Below are positions 9,515 through 17,172 of a stretch of 50,786 bases of DNA, in pieces. The notes below the pieces were generated by a model that worked only from the letters and a program-made list of their open reading frames with translations, had not been told where the DNA came from and did not search any database. This DNA is from an uncultured Candidatus Saccharibacteria bacterium (GTDB lineage Bacteria > Patescibacteriota > Saccharimonadia > Saccharimonadales > Saccharimonadaceae). The position numbers were made by a program, and so were the translations under genes. Numbering within the stretch: the first letter of the stretch is position 1; every line of letters begins with the position of its first letter. The stretch spans positions 1 through 50,786 of the forward strand of contig CAMZIV010000001.1 of assembly GCA_947307355.1 (NCBI GenBank), in the 5' to 3' direction.

Positions 9515-10038
9515 TTTTTACCACCCCCGTTCTTCATAGACAATTTTTGGAGATATGTATAGATTTCGTTGCTCCGGTCTTTAAAATATTTTTCTTCGTT
9601 TAAACTATCGTCGCCTTCAAAGATTGCTTTAGTTTTTTTAATAGCTAAAAGTGTGTCGTTTGTTTGACGATGGAAAAACGCGAAAACCAGTAACAAATCA
9701 ATACCCAGACGGTTTAATTTTTTTGACTCTTGGAATTTTTCACCAACATTTATAATGATGCGGTCTTTTTCCTGAGTTTCTTGCAAAGATTTAGATTTGG
9801 GTTCGTTGCGTGCTATTGTGAATTGATATTTTAAATTGTTCCACCATAGCTGGCCGTTTGGCCCACCAATCCCAAAATTAAACGCTTTGAGATATTTCCA
9901 TTCTGGTCTTTGTGAATTGGATTCGCTTTTTTTAATATAAACGCTATTTAAAATTGCTAATTCTTCTTCTTGATTTTGAAGTCTTTTGATCAAGTCAAAA
10001 GTATAGTCGTTTAGCATTCGGTCAAAAGCTCTTGGCAT
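9511..10038 (-). CDS. Hypothetical protein, tandem paralogue
   Basis: 175-aa ORF, SD GGGGGTG; DLLLVFAFFHRQTNDTLLAIKKTKAIFE. Confidence 0.85.
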   Translation of the reverse strand: MPRAFDRMLNDYTFDLIKRLQNQEEELAILNSVYIKKSESNSQRPEWKYLKAFNFGIGGPNGQLWWNNLKYQFTIARNEPKSKSLQETQEKDRIIINVGEKFQESKKLNRLGIDLLLVFAFFHRQTNDTLLAIKKTKAIFEGDDSLNEEKYFKDRSNEIYTYLQKLSMKNGGGKK

Positions 10039-10050
10039 TTTTTCACCCCC

Positions 10051-10533
10051 TTAGTATTCTCTTAGTCTTTCTACAAAGTCTTCTTTGTCATCATAGTAAT
10101 CAAAAGTTTTCATTTTCTCAAATAAATCTTTAGTCTTTTGCAGAGCATCTTCCTTGTCATCGGTTTCTCGATAAAAATAAGCGAATGCGAGCATAAGCAT
10201 GTCGGTAATTTCTAATTCGAAATTATCCATTGAGCTGGAAATGTTTACGAGTATTAAATTTAGACCTTGTTCCGTTTGTTCTTTTTCAAAACTGTTTAAC
10301 CTGGGAAGGCCAATTTTACATACGAAATCTTTCGTATTTTTGGTTTCCGTGTGGCCTAAAGTTTTTGTAAAAACAAAAGGGAAATAGAACATAAAACATT
10401 CATCGGAATTAATATTCCCTTGCCGGACAAGCACCTTTTTTAGCAGACTTAAGTCTACTTCTCCAGTGATTGCGCGATCTATGAGTTTGTTTGTATATTC
10501 TTTAAGGTCGATATAGTATTCCTTATTATCCAA
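10051..10533 (-). CDS. Hypothetical protein, tandem paralogue (probable TTG start)
   Basis: SD GAGGTG 6 nt before TTG 10533; DMLMLAFAYFYRETDDKEDALQKTKDLFE. Confidence 0.85.
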   Translation of the reverse strand: MDNKEYYIDLKEYTNKLIDRAITGEVDLSLLKKVLVRQGNINSDECFMFYFPFVFTKTLGHTETKNTKDFVCKIGLPRLNSFEKEQTEQGLNLILVNISSSMDNFELEITDMLMLAFAYFYRETDDKEDALQKTKDLFEKMKTFDYYDDKEDFVERLREY

Positions 10534-10566
10534 AAATATCACCTCTTTTCTCGATTTTTAAACTAC

Positions 10567-10614
10567 ATCCTAAAACTATATATATTATAGCATATTCTGG
10601 GGTAAACGTCAAAG
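10567..10614 (-). promoter_or_regulatory. Cassette 1 sigma70 promoter and 5' box
   Basis: TTGACG-17 nt-TATAAT (10612-10607, 10589-10584), then TAGTTTTAGGAT; repeated at 11795-11841. Confidence 0.85.
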
Positions 10615-10621
10615 TAGGAAT

Positions 10622-10660
10622 AAAAATCCGGCCCATAAAGGGCCGGGTTTAGTTTTAGGA
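10622..10660 (-). terminator. Cassette 2 terminator plus adjacent AGTTTTAGGA box
   Basis: CCGGCCC-ATAAA-GGGCCGG hairpin, T-tract on the minus strand; repeat of 8872-8911. Confidence 0.85.
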
Positions 10661-10662
10661 AA

Positions 10663-11307
10663 TTATAAAACATATTCTTTGAATAATATTTCGTATAAGT
10701 CTTTTCGTGGTTGTTTTGAACCGATTGGTCTATACTCTTCAAAAAACTTTTTTGTTTCTTTTACTGCTGCTGTTCTATCTGTGTTGTATTTGTAGTAAAA
10801 GAAAGTAAATGTGATTACAAAAAGATCGGGTGTTAAAGTAGGAGTTTTGTCGTTAACTCTAATTAACGTTTTATGCTCATGCGTGAAGTTCTTTTTTTCA
10901 TACTCGACGATATCGGGACTGGTACATTTGAGATAACTTACGTTTCTACTTTCAAAGAATCCAAATTCTCGGTCTCTTCCGTATGCGCAAAAAGCTTGGC
11001 AATATTGATAAGAACTTGGCATACCATTGGCATAGTCTATTCCTTCAGGGAGAACTCTTTGACGACAATAAACGTTTTTGAGTTTACCTAATCCAATTTG
11101 GCCGCTCTTGATTTTTTCGGATAAGTCCAAGGTCATAGCTATTAATTCATTAAAAGAGTCTTCGTATAGTTTTTTGTAATTTGACTTTATTTCAAAAAAA
11201 TCTTTTCGAATCTCGTCGGCACCATCTAAAATTTTTTGATAAGTTTCCATCTTGTTTGACATTTCAATTGCTTTTTTGGAAATGTCTGCTATACAAAATT
11301 GTTCCAA
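10663..11307 (-). CDS. Hypothetical protein, tandem paralogue (probable TTG start)
   Basis: SD GGGGGTG 6 nt before TTG 11307; DLFVITFTFFYYKYNTDRTAAVKETKKFFE. Confidence 0.85.
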   Translation of the reverse strand: MEQFCIADISKKAIEMSNKMETYQKILDGADEIRKDFFEIKSNYKKLYEDSFNELIAMTLDLSEKIKSGQIGLGKLKNVYCRQRVLPEGIDYANGMPSSYQYCQAFCAYGRDREFGFFESRNVSYLKCTSPDIVEYEKKNFTHEHKTLIRVNDKTPTLTPDLFVITFTFFYYKYNTDRTAAVKETKKFFEEYRPIGSKQPRKDLYEILFKEYVL

Positions 11308-11325
11308 ATTTTTCACCCCCTCTTT

Positions 11326-11760
11326 TTAGGAATAAAGTAATCGCTCTAAGAACAAGTATCTACCTTCGGACCATTCTTCAAGCTTGGTTTCTTTATAGAA
11401 ATCTAAGGTCTTTTTGTATGAACTCTCAAAGTTATTATTTTCGTGATAGTAATACGCAAATGTTGTAATTATTTCGTCTTGAGGCCCCCAAAATTCCCAT
11501 CCTTCGTCCTCGTTTCCGAATGTCCAATGATAGTTATATCCATCGAATTCTTTTAAATCGATTTTTTTGATTAAATCATCGGGGAGCGTTCTTGCGTAGG
11601 CTTTTAAATCCTTGCTGAATTTATTGAGAAGATCCCATCGGTCTTCTTTGTGGTTGTACCAATTGCCGCACATCCAAATATTCTTGCCGTAGACTTCTCT
11701 GCAGCGATCAATTAGGCCTCGTATATGCTTCATTTTTTCACGATAATTTTCAAAACTCAT
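11326..11760 (-). CDS. Hypothetical protein, tandem paralogue
   Basis: SD GAGGTGG; DEIITTFAYYYHENNNFESSYKKTLDFYK. Confidence 0.85.
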   Translation of the reverse strand: MSFENYREKMKHIRGLIDRCREVYGKNIWMCGNWYNHKEDRWDLLNKFSKDLKAYARTLPDDLIKKIDLKEFDGYNYHWTFGNEDEGWEFWGPQDEIITTFAYYYHENNNFESSYKKTLDFYKETKLEEWSEGRYLFLERLLYS

Positions 11761-11794
11761 TTTTCCACCTCGCTTCCTTGTATGTAAAAGTACG

Positions 11795-11841
11795 TCCTAA
11801 AACTGCTTATATTATAGCATAATTTGGGGTAGACGTCAAAG
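11795..11841 (-). promoter_or_regulatory. Cassette 2 sigma70 promoter and 5' box
   Basis: TTGACG-17 nt-TATAAT (11839-11834, 11816-11811), then AGTTTTAGGA. Confidence 0.85.
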
Positions 11842-11850
11842 ACAACAAAA

Positions 11851-12021
11851 ATGGTGCTCCATAAGAGTAAATATTTACACATAAATTCGCCCACCCCAAG
11901 TCATCAGGAGTTAGAATATCCTACCTGCACTAGACAAGAAATTATGTCAGAAGTAGAGCGATGGCAGGTAATCCTCTCTGTTAATTACTCAAATTACAAT
12001 CAAGGAAACAATGCACTTTAA
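11851..12021 (+). CDS. 56-aa ORF, the displaced C-terminal segment of the recombinase (left junction)
   Basis: Hand translation MVLHKSKYLHINSPTPSHQELEYPTCTRQEIMSEVERWQVILSVNYSNYNQGNNAL*; in frame with the recombinase across the TGGTGC core. Confidence 0.6.
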   Translation: MVLHKSKYLHINSPTPSHQELEYPTCTRQEIMSEVERWQVILSVNYSNYNQGNNAL

Positions 12022-12226
12022 CAACCATGTCTACTAAAGAAGGAGACTCTATTTTTATTATACCCCCCCCTACACCTACCATCACCAATTAATTAAGCTG
12101 TAGTGGTAGAGCCCCCGTCCCGCTATTCATTTAGTAACACCAACTTGATTGGTGTGTTATCCTGGGAGTCCAATTACATCTGAGACTTTTGGGGCAACAG
12201 GGGTGGTGGCGTGATATAATTGGGTT

Positions 12227-12703
12227 ATGGTATGTTTTAACCCCCACACGGTTACACAAAGCAGGGTGGCGGCGGAGAGAAAAAAATTGCCCCCCAAACC
12301 TAAACACCCACTGCAAGTCAGCGAGGAAATTCATTCTCTAGTCTCTCAGATAGCGAAAGATAGGAACCTCAGTTTGGAACAAGTAGTGGGCAAAGCTATT
12401 ATCAAGGAGGCAAAAGCCGCCCTCGACACCCCTGACGGTGACAAACAGAGGCTCTACTTTTCTTTAGCCAAGAACGCAGAGCAAGAGCTCAGAGAGCGGT
12501 ATGTGGGCGAGAAATCGAGACGTTCAGCTCAAATGAGACGTATTAACGACCAGAGACGAAAAAAATCCGCCGCCCCCGCCCCCACTTCTTCTTTTAGTCG
12601 TCCACCACGTCCTGTTAGTGCATATAGCGGATATCCCGTTAAATACCGTTACGGAATCGCCATCCCCGAGCCCCCACCTTCTTCCTACCCCACCTACTAC
12701 TAG
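12227..12703 (+). CDS. Hypothetical protein, possible ribbon-helix-helix DNA-binding N-terminal half
   Basis: TATAAT 6 nt upstream; HPLQVSEEIHSLVSQIAKDRNLSLEQVVGKAI resembles RHH pattern; Pro/Ser/Tyr-rich tail. Confidence 0.6.
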   Translation: MVCFNPHTVTQSRVAAERKKLPPKPKHPLQVSEEIHSLVSQIAKDRNLSLEQVVGKAIIKEAKAALDTPDGDKQRLYFSLAKNAEQELRERYVGEKSRRSAQMRRINDQRRKKSAAPAPTSSFSRPPRPVSAYSGYPVKYRYGIAIPEPPPSSYPTYY

Positions 12704-12840
12704 TCTGCTGGTCAGTAGACACTGCCTGCTAGTATGACTACCTATCTTGTAAGTCAACATAAGTCAAGATATTAACACTACACTGCTAGTCTATTTCACG
12801 ATAAATATACTCGTAAAGGTGGGGCTGAGTCTGAAACTTT

Positions 12841-13266
12841 CTACTCCTGACGGTCTGCACATTCCTTGTAGATTGATAAGTTGCCTAAAACATTGCTAGT
12901 ATTTGGCGGAGTGGATGAAGAACCTTCCCAAACTACTGCGTGCCAGATTGGATGGTATTCTATCGTCGAAGTGCCATCGGGGAAATAAACAATCTTGAAT
13001 TGGTCTTCAACTGAGTCAAGGATTGATTTGCAATACTTAAACGTAATGTCGTATTTTCTTTGTAGGCTCTTGCACCTATCGCTATCTTCTCTATTAGTGC
13101 AGGCTACCAACACTTCATTAAGATGGTTGTTCCTAGCCTCTTCCTTTGAATCTTCAATCCATTTACTAATGCCGCCCCACGCAACCCCTCCGACAATCAG
13201 TATAATAGTGATAATTACAGCTAGTTTGAAGTTCTGAAATAACCCATCTGATTGTTTCTTAGCCAT
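12841..13266 (-). CDS. Hypothetical membrane-anchored protein
   Basis: N-terminal TM helix; four Cys in the soluble part; overlaps the upstream ORF. Confidence 0.75.
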   Translation of the reverse strand: MAKKQSDGLFQNFKLAVIITIILIVGGVAWGGISKWIEDSKEEARNNHLNEVLVACTNREDSDRCKSLQRKYDITFKYCKSILDSVEDQFKIVYFPDGTSTIEYHPIWHAVVWEGSSSTPPNTSNVLGNLSIYKECADRQE

Positions 13267-13678
13267 TGTTTTTACTCCATTTTACATACAACACAATAAC
13301 AATGATTACTGCTAGAGTAGCTATTGCAGTAGGAGCCGCAACGGATGCAGAATTAAAAATAACCGTCGCAAGGGACGATGTAACTAAACATATGACTGGT
13401 GCCGCATACAGCCAAAATAGAATCCATAAAGCCGTCTTGGTTCTTTTGTCGCTTTTCTCGATGTATTCCTTTTCGGCTTTCGTTAATCTCTTTTTGGTAT
13501 TTTGAGTTTGTTTTCTCTTAGCAACGGTTTTCGACTTATTGCCTTTTTCATTCTTATTCCTCACGGCTTTAATAATAAGGTCAATCACAATAGCAATAGG
13601 GAGCAATATCAGAAGTTTTAGAAAATCATAAGTTATTCTTTGAGCGGCACCCGCTCCAAACAAAAGAAGAATATCCAC
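13259..13678 (-). CDS. Hypothetical membrane protein (about 3 TM)
   Basis: GTG start with SD GAGGAG; hydrophobic segments flanking a basic loop. Confidence 0.75.
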   Translation of the reverse strand: MDILLLFGAGAAQRITYDFLKLLILLPIAIVIDLIIKAVRNKNEKGNKSKTVAKRKQTQNTKKRLTKAEKEYIEKSDKRTKTALWILFWLYAAPVICLVTSSLATVIFNSASVAAPTAIATLAVIIVIVLYVKWSKNNG

Positions 13679-13702
13679 AGTAATTGCTCCTCTTTAAAAT
13701 AA

Positions 13703-13836
13703 AATGACACCGCGTAGACGGTGTTCAAGTCGTTCTTTACGCAATGGGCACGATACCCATACGCTACACGGTGCCATTAAATGCATCGTGCAATATTAAG
13801 CATATTTGCTCCATTGCGTTTTTAATGACTTGAACA
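13703..13836 (-). ncRNA. Structured leader RNA candidate
   Basis: Three nested stems plus a 15-bp crossing helix, downstream of TATAAT boxes at 13838-13849. Confidence 0.6.
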
Positions 13837-13968
13837 ATTATAATTATAACACGGTAAAGGTTGTTTATGAATACCATAATACCATAGCCTGCTTTCCTTC
13901 GACGCAAGGAATAAGGTGAAAGCGATGACAATATGCTATAATTTAGTTAACAAAATAAGATACCAAGT

Positions 13969-16065
13969 ATGCTCAAAAGTGATTATCCGGAATTGGCTAA
14001 ATATTGGAATTATGAACGTAATGATAAAAACGGAATACATTTTGAGGATGTTACCCACGGAAGTAGCAAGAAAGTGTGGTGGAGATGTGAGAACGGACAC
14101 GAATGGGAAGCCAGCATCCACGATAAAAGTAAGGGGCGTGGCTGTCCAATTTGTTCTGGCCATAAGGTCCTCCCTGGTTTTAATGATTTAGCTACTATAA
14201 GCCCTGAGTTGGTGAATGAATGGAATAATGAGAAAAATAATGGTTTAACGCCACAAGGTTTTACTTGCGGTAGTGATAAAAAGGTGTGGTGGAGATGTGA
14301 GAATGGACACGAATGGGAAGCTCGAATTGCTGATAGGAACAATGGTGTTGGCTGTCCAATTTGTTCTGGCCATAAGGTCCTCCCTGGTTTTAATGATTTA
14401 GCCACTAAGAATCCTCTGCTGGCAAGTGAGTGGAATTACAGAAAGAATGGCGATTTAAAACCACAAGGTGTTACTGCGAGTAGTAGTAAGTCTGTGTGGT
14501 GGAAGTGCAAGAATGGACACGAGTGGAAAGCTCAAATTGCCAGTAGGAATAGCGGGAATGGATGTCCGATTTGTTCGGGTAGGGAGGCCCTCCCTGGTTT
14601 TAACGATTTAGCTACTAAGAACCCCGGACTTGCAAGTGAATGGGACTACGAGAGAAACGGCGACTTAAAACCACGAGATGTTACTAGTGGTAGCAAGAAA
14701 AAAGTGTGGTGGAAATGCAAGAATGGACACGAGTGGGAATCCACTATCGATAGTAGAAATAAAGGTAATGGCTGTCCGGTCTGTTCAAATAAAAAAGTTC
14801 TCCCTGGCTTTAATGATTTGGCCACCGTTAACCCTGAGTTAGTAAGTGAGTGGAATTATGAAAAAAATGATACTCTAAAACCACAAGACTTTGCACCAAA
14901 CAGCAATAAAAAAGTGTGGTGGAAATGCAAGAATGGACACGAGTGGGAAGCTACAATTCTCTACAGAAACAGAGGGGGTGGTTGTCCGGTCTGTTCGAAT
15001 AAAAAGCTTCTACCTGGCGTCAATGACTTAGCTACCACTAACCCCGAGTTGGCAAATGAATGGAACTATGAAAAAAATGGAGGTTTGAAGCCGCAGGATG
15101 TCATAGCAGGTAGCGGTAAGTCTGTGTGGTGGAGATGTAAGAATGGACACGAATGGGAAGCCCCAGTTTACAGCAGGAATCTCGGGAGAGGTTGCCCCAT
15201 CTGCACACAAAGGCTACATATTTCTTTTCCAGAAAAAGCCATATACTTTTATATGCGGCGAGTTTTCCCTGATACAATTGAGAACTATAGGCCTGCTTGG
15301 TTAGGTAAAATGGAATTGGATATTTATATTCCAAGCAGAAAAGTTGGAATTGAGTATGATGGGATTAGATACCACAAAAACAAAAGTAGGGATGCTGAAA
15401 AAGATAGACTCTGCAGTGAACAAGGTATAACCCTTATTCGTATAAGGGAGAAAGGATTAGATTATGAGGCGACACAATCTACCGTTTTCACTCTGCTAGA
15501 AGACCACAAAAGCAGTGGCAAGCACCTTGTTCCTGGGCTAAAGTTCTTAGAGAAACAACTTGGTGTAGATTTAGACATCAATATATCTAGGGACTATGAT
15601 GATATTAGAAGTATGGTCGTGAATTATGACTTAAAGAACTGCATCGCAAAAACAAATCCGGAACTCCTAGACGAGTGGAATTATGAGAAGAATGGACAAG
15701 TTGGCAATACACCCGAGAATATTTCCGCTGGCTCAGGAATTGCAGTGTGGTGGAAATGTAAGAAAGGGCATAGTTATAGGGCGGCCCCCAACAGCAAAAC
15801 AAGTATGCATTACGGATGTCCATATTGTAACAATAAAAGGGTCCTCCCTGGTTTTAATGACTTGGCCACTGTCAACCCCGAACTAGCAAGCGAATGGAAT
15901 TATGAGAGAAATGATGGTTCGACACCGCAAGATTTTACCATTGGCAGTGATAAAAAAGTATGGTGGAAGTGCAAGAATGGACACGAATGGGAAGCTCGAA
16001 TTGCCAACAGGAAAAAAGGTAGTGGTTGTCCATATTGTGCAAGAGAAAAACACACTAAGCATTAA
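13969..16065 (+). CDS. Zinc-ribbon repeat protein (DUF4379-like, 8 repeats) with a central Vsr/DUF559-like endonuclease domain
   Basis: Eight VWW.C..GH...GCP.C repeats with ~70-aa period; SFPE..ELDIYIP..GIEYDG..YH..D..K...LIRIRE. Confidence 0.85.
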   Translation: MLKSDYPELAKYWNYERNDKNGIHFEDVTHGSSKKVWWRCENGHEWEASIHDKSKGRGCPICSGHKVLPGFNDLATISPELVNEWNNEKNNGLTPQGFTCGSDKKVWWRCENGHEWEARIADRNNGVGCPICSGHKVLPGFNDLATKNPLLASEWNYRKNGDLKPQGVTASSSKSVWWKCKNGHEWKAQIASRNSGNGCPICSGREALPGFNDLATKNPGLASEWDYERNGDLKPRDVTSGSKKKVWWKCKNGHEWESTIDSRNKGNGCPVCSNKKVLPGFNDLATVNPELVSEWNYEKNDTLKPQDFAPNSNKKVWWKCKNGHEWEATILYRNRGGGCPVCSNKKLLPGVNDLATTNPELANEWNYEKNGGLKPQDVIAGSGKSVWWRCKNGHEWEAPVYSRNLGRGCPICTQRLHISFPEKAIYFYMRRVFPDTIENYRPAWLGKMELDIYIPSRKVGIEYDGIRYHKNKSRDAEKDRLCSEQGITLIRIREKGLDYEATQSTVFTLLEDHKSSGKHLVPGLKFLEKQLGVDLDINISRDYDDIRSMVVNYDLKNCIAKTNPELLDEWNYEKNGQVGNTPENISAGSGIAVWWKCKKGHSYRAAPNSKTSMHYGCPYCNNKRVLPGFNDLATVNPELASEWNYERNDGSTPQDFTIGSDKKVWWKCKNGHEWEARIANRKKGSGCPYCAREKHTKH

Positions 16066-16095
16066 AACTTTTCTTTCGCTAGCCAATGTTTTAAA

Positions 16096-16824
16096 ATGTA
16101 TCCTATGGATACGTTCGATTTGAACGAATACAGTGAGAGAAGTAGAGAGGTCCTAATAAAAGTTGTCGAAGAAATTCGGGAACAGTTTTTGGATAATAAT
16201 AAATCCAAACAATTCTGGTTTAGCCTCTCGCAGGTCTCAGACGAATCGCTGAGGGAGCCAATTATCCGCAAATGGTTCAGTGTCCTCTCCCGTAAGGGTA
16301 TACTACATTATTACGAGCCTAACTATTCTGAAGTGGAAAAGGCTATTGTATTTAGCCAGAACTACCTGGAAAAAAACTATAATTGGGACCCAACAATTGT
16401 TAGCTCTTATATCCTTGAGCTCTCGCCCCACGCCACCCCCTGCATTGCCCTAGATGTCTACGACACAGACTTCGACAAACAAATCAAGTTAATTCAAATG
16501 AACACCATCTGGGATAGATTCCAAAGAGACCGCTTAGGAAATTATTTCTACGATGGCAATGAGCTCACTGAGATTAACAAGTCGCTTACATATAAGAATG
16601 TTTTGGGTGAGTTTCTAAAAACCGACGCCCACACCCTTTCAGTTGACGAAGTGATAAGACTAGTTGCATCAGATGACGATAATGATTATGACAGGGATGC
16701 CCGACGTAACAGGGTTATTTCAGCACTTAATAAAGGGTTAAGGAGTGTCAATCATAATGTGGAAATAAGAACCCACAAGAGTGGACATAGTGCAGATTAC
16801 TACACACTAGTTGTTACGAAATAA
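16096..16824 (+). CDS. Hypothetical protein with OmpR/PhoB-like winged-helix C-terminus
   Basis: VLGEFLK...TLSVDEVIRLV...RNRVISALNKGL...EIRTHK...YYTL. Confidence 0.65.
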   Translation: MYPMDTFDLNEYSERSREVLIKVVEEIREQFLDNNKSKQFWFSLSQVSDESLREPIIRKWFSVLSRKGILHYYEPNYSEVEKAIVFSQNYLEKNYNWDPTIVSSYILELSPHATPCIALDVYDTDFDKQIKLIQMNTIWDRFQRDRLGNYFYDGNELTEINKSLTYKNVLGEFLKTDAHTLSVDEVIRLVASDDDNDYDRDARRNRVISALNKGLRSVNHNVEIRTHKSGHSADYYTLVVTK

Positions 16825-16825
16825 A

Positions 16826-16851
16826 AGTCCATTTAGAGTCCATTTAGAGTC
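16826..16851 (+). repeat. 11-bp tandem direct repeat, putative operator
   Basis: AGTCCATTTAG-AGTCCATTTAG-AGTC. Confidence 0.75.
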
Positions 16852-16901
16852 TTCTTCTGTGTTATTTTTGTTGCCTTGATTGTAACGTAGAATGGCTCCA
16901 T

Positions 16902-17087
16902 ATGAAACAAACTAATAGCAACCAAAATGGAAGTGTAGAGGCTAGAAGATACTCTCGCAAGGAACTTAACTCTGCGACAGATTTCGTATCCTTTTTGTAT
17001 GAGCTATGGATTAAATCTCGAAAAAATGAGATAATGGAAGAGGATAAAACATTTTATAGCAACGAAGAACTGAACAATACCAATTAA
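16902..17087 (+). CDS. Small hypothetical protein upstream of the recombinase
   Basis: 61-aa ORF with TAGAAT 8 nt upstream; amphipathic DFVSFLYELW helix. Confidence 0.55.
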   Translation: MKQTNSNQNGSVEARRYSRKELNSATDFVSFLYELWIKSRKNEIMEEDKTFYSNEELNNTN

Positions 17088-17172
17088 TTTTGTTGGTAAT
17101 ATGGGGAGCTTCCAAACAGTTCTTCGGAATGTTTTATCCCGGGAGCTTCCCATATTGCCCGGGAGATTAATT

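Noticed and set aside
12057..12070. C8 tract beside a minus-strand TATAAT as a phase-variable promoter
   Set aside because: No convincing -35 and no meaningful downstream ORF on that strand; cannot be supported without reads
17101..17172. Recombinase start at ATG 17101
   Set aside because: No SD and it lies within a hairpin; ATG 17173 has an SD and places the catalytic motif near the N-terminus as expected
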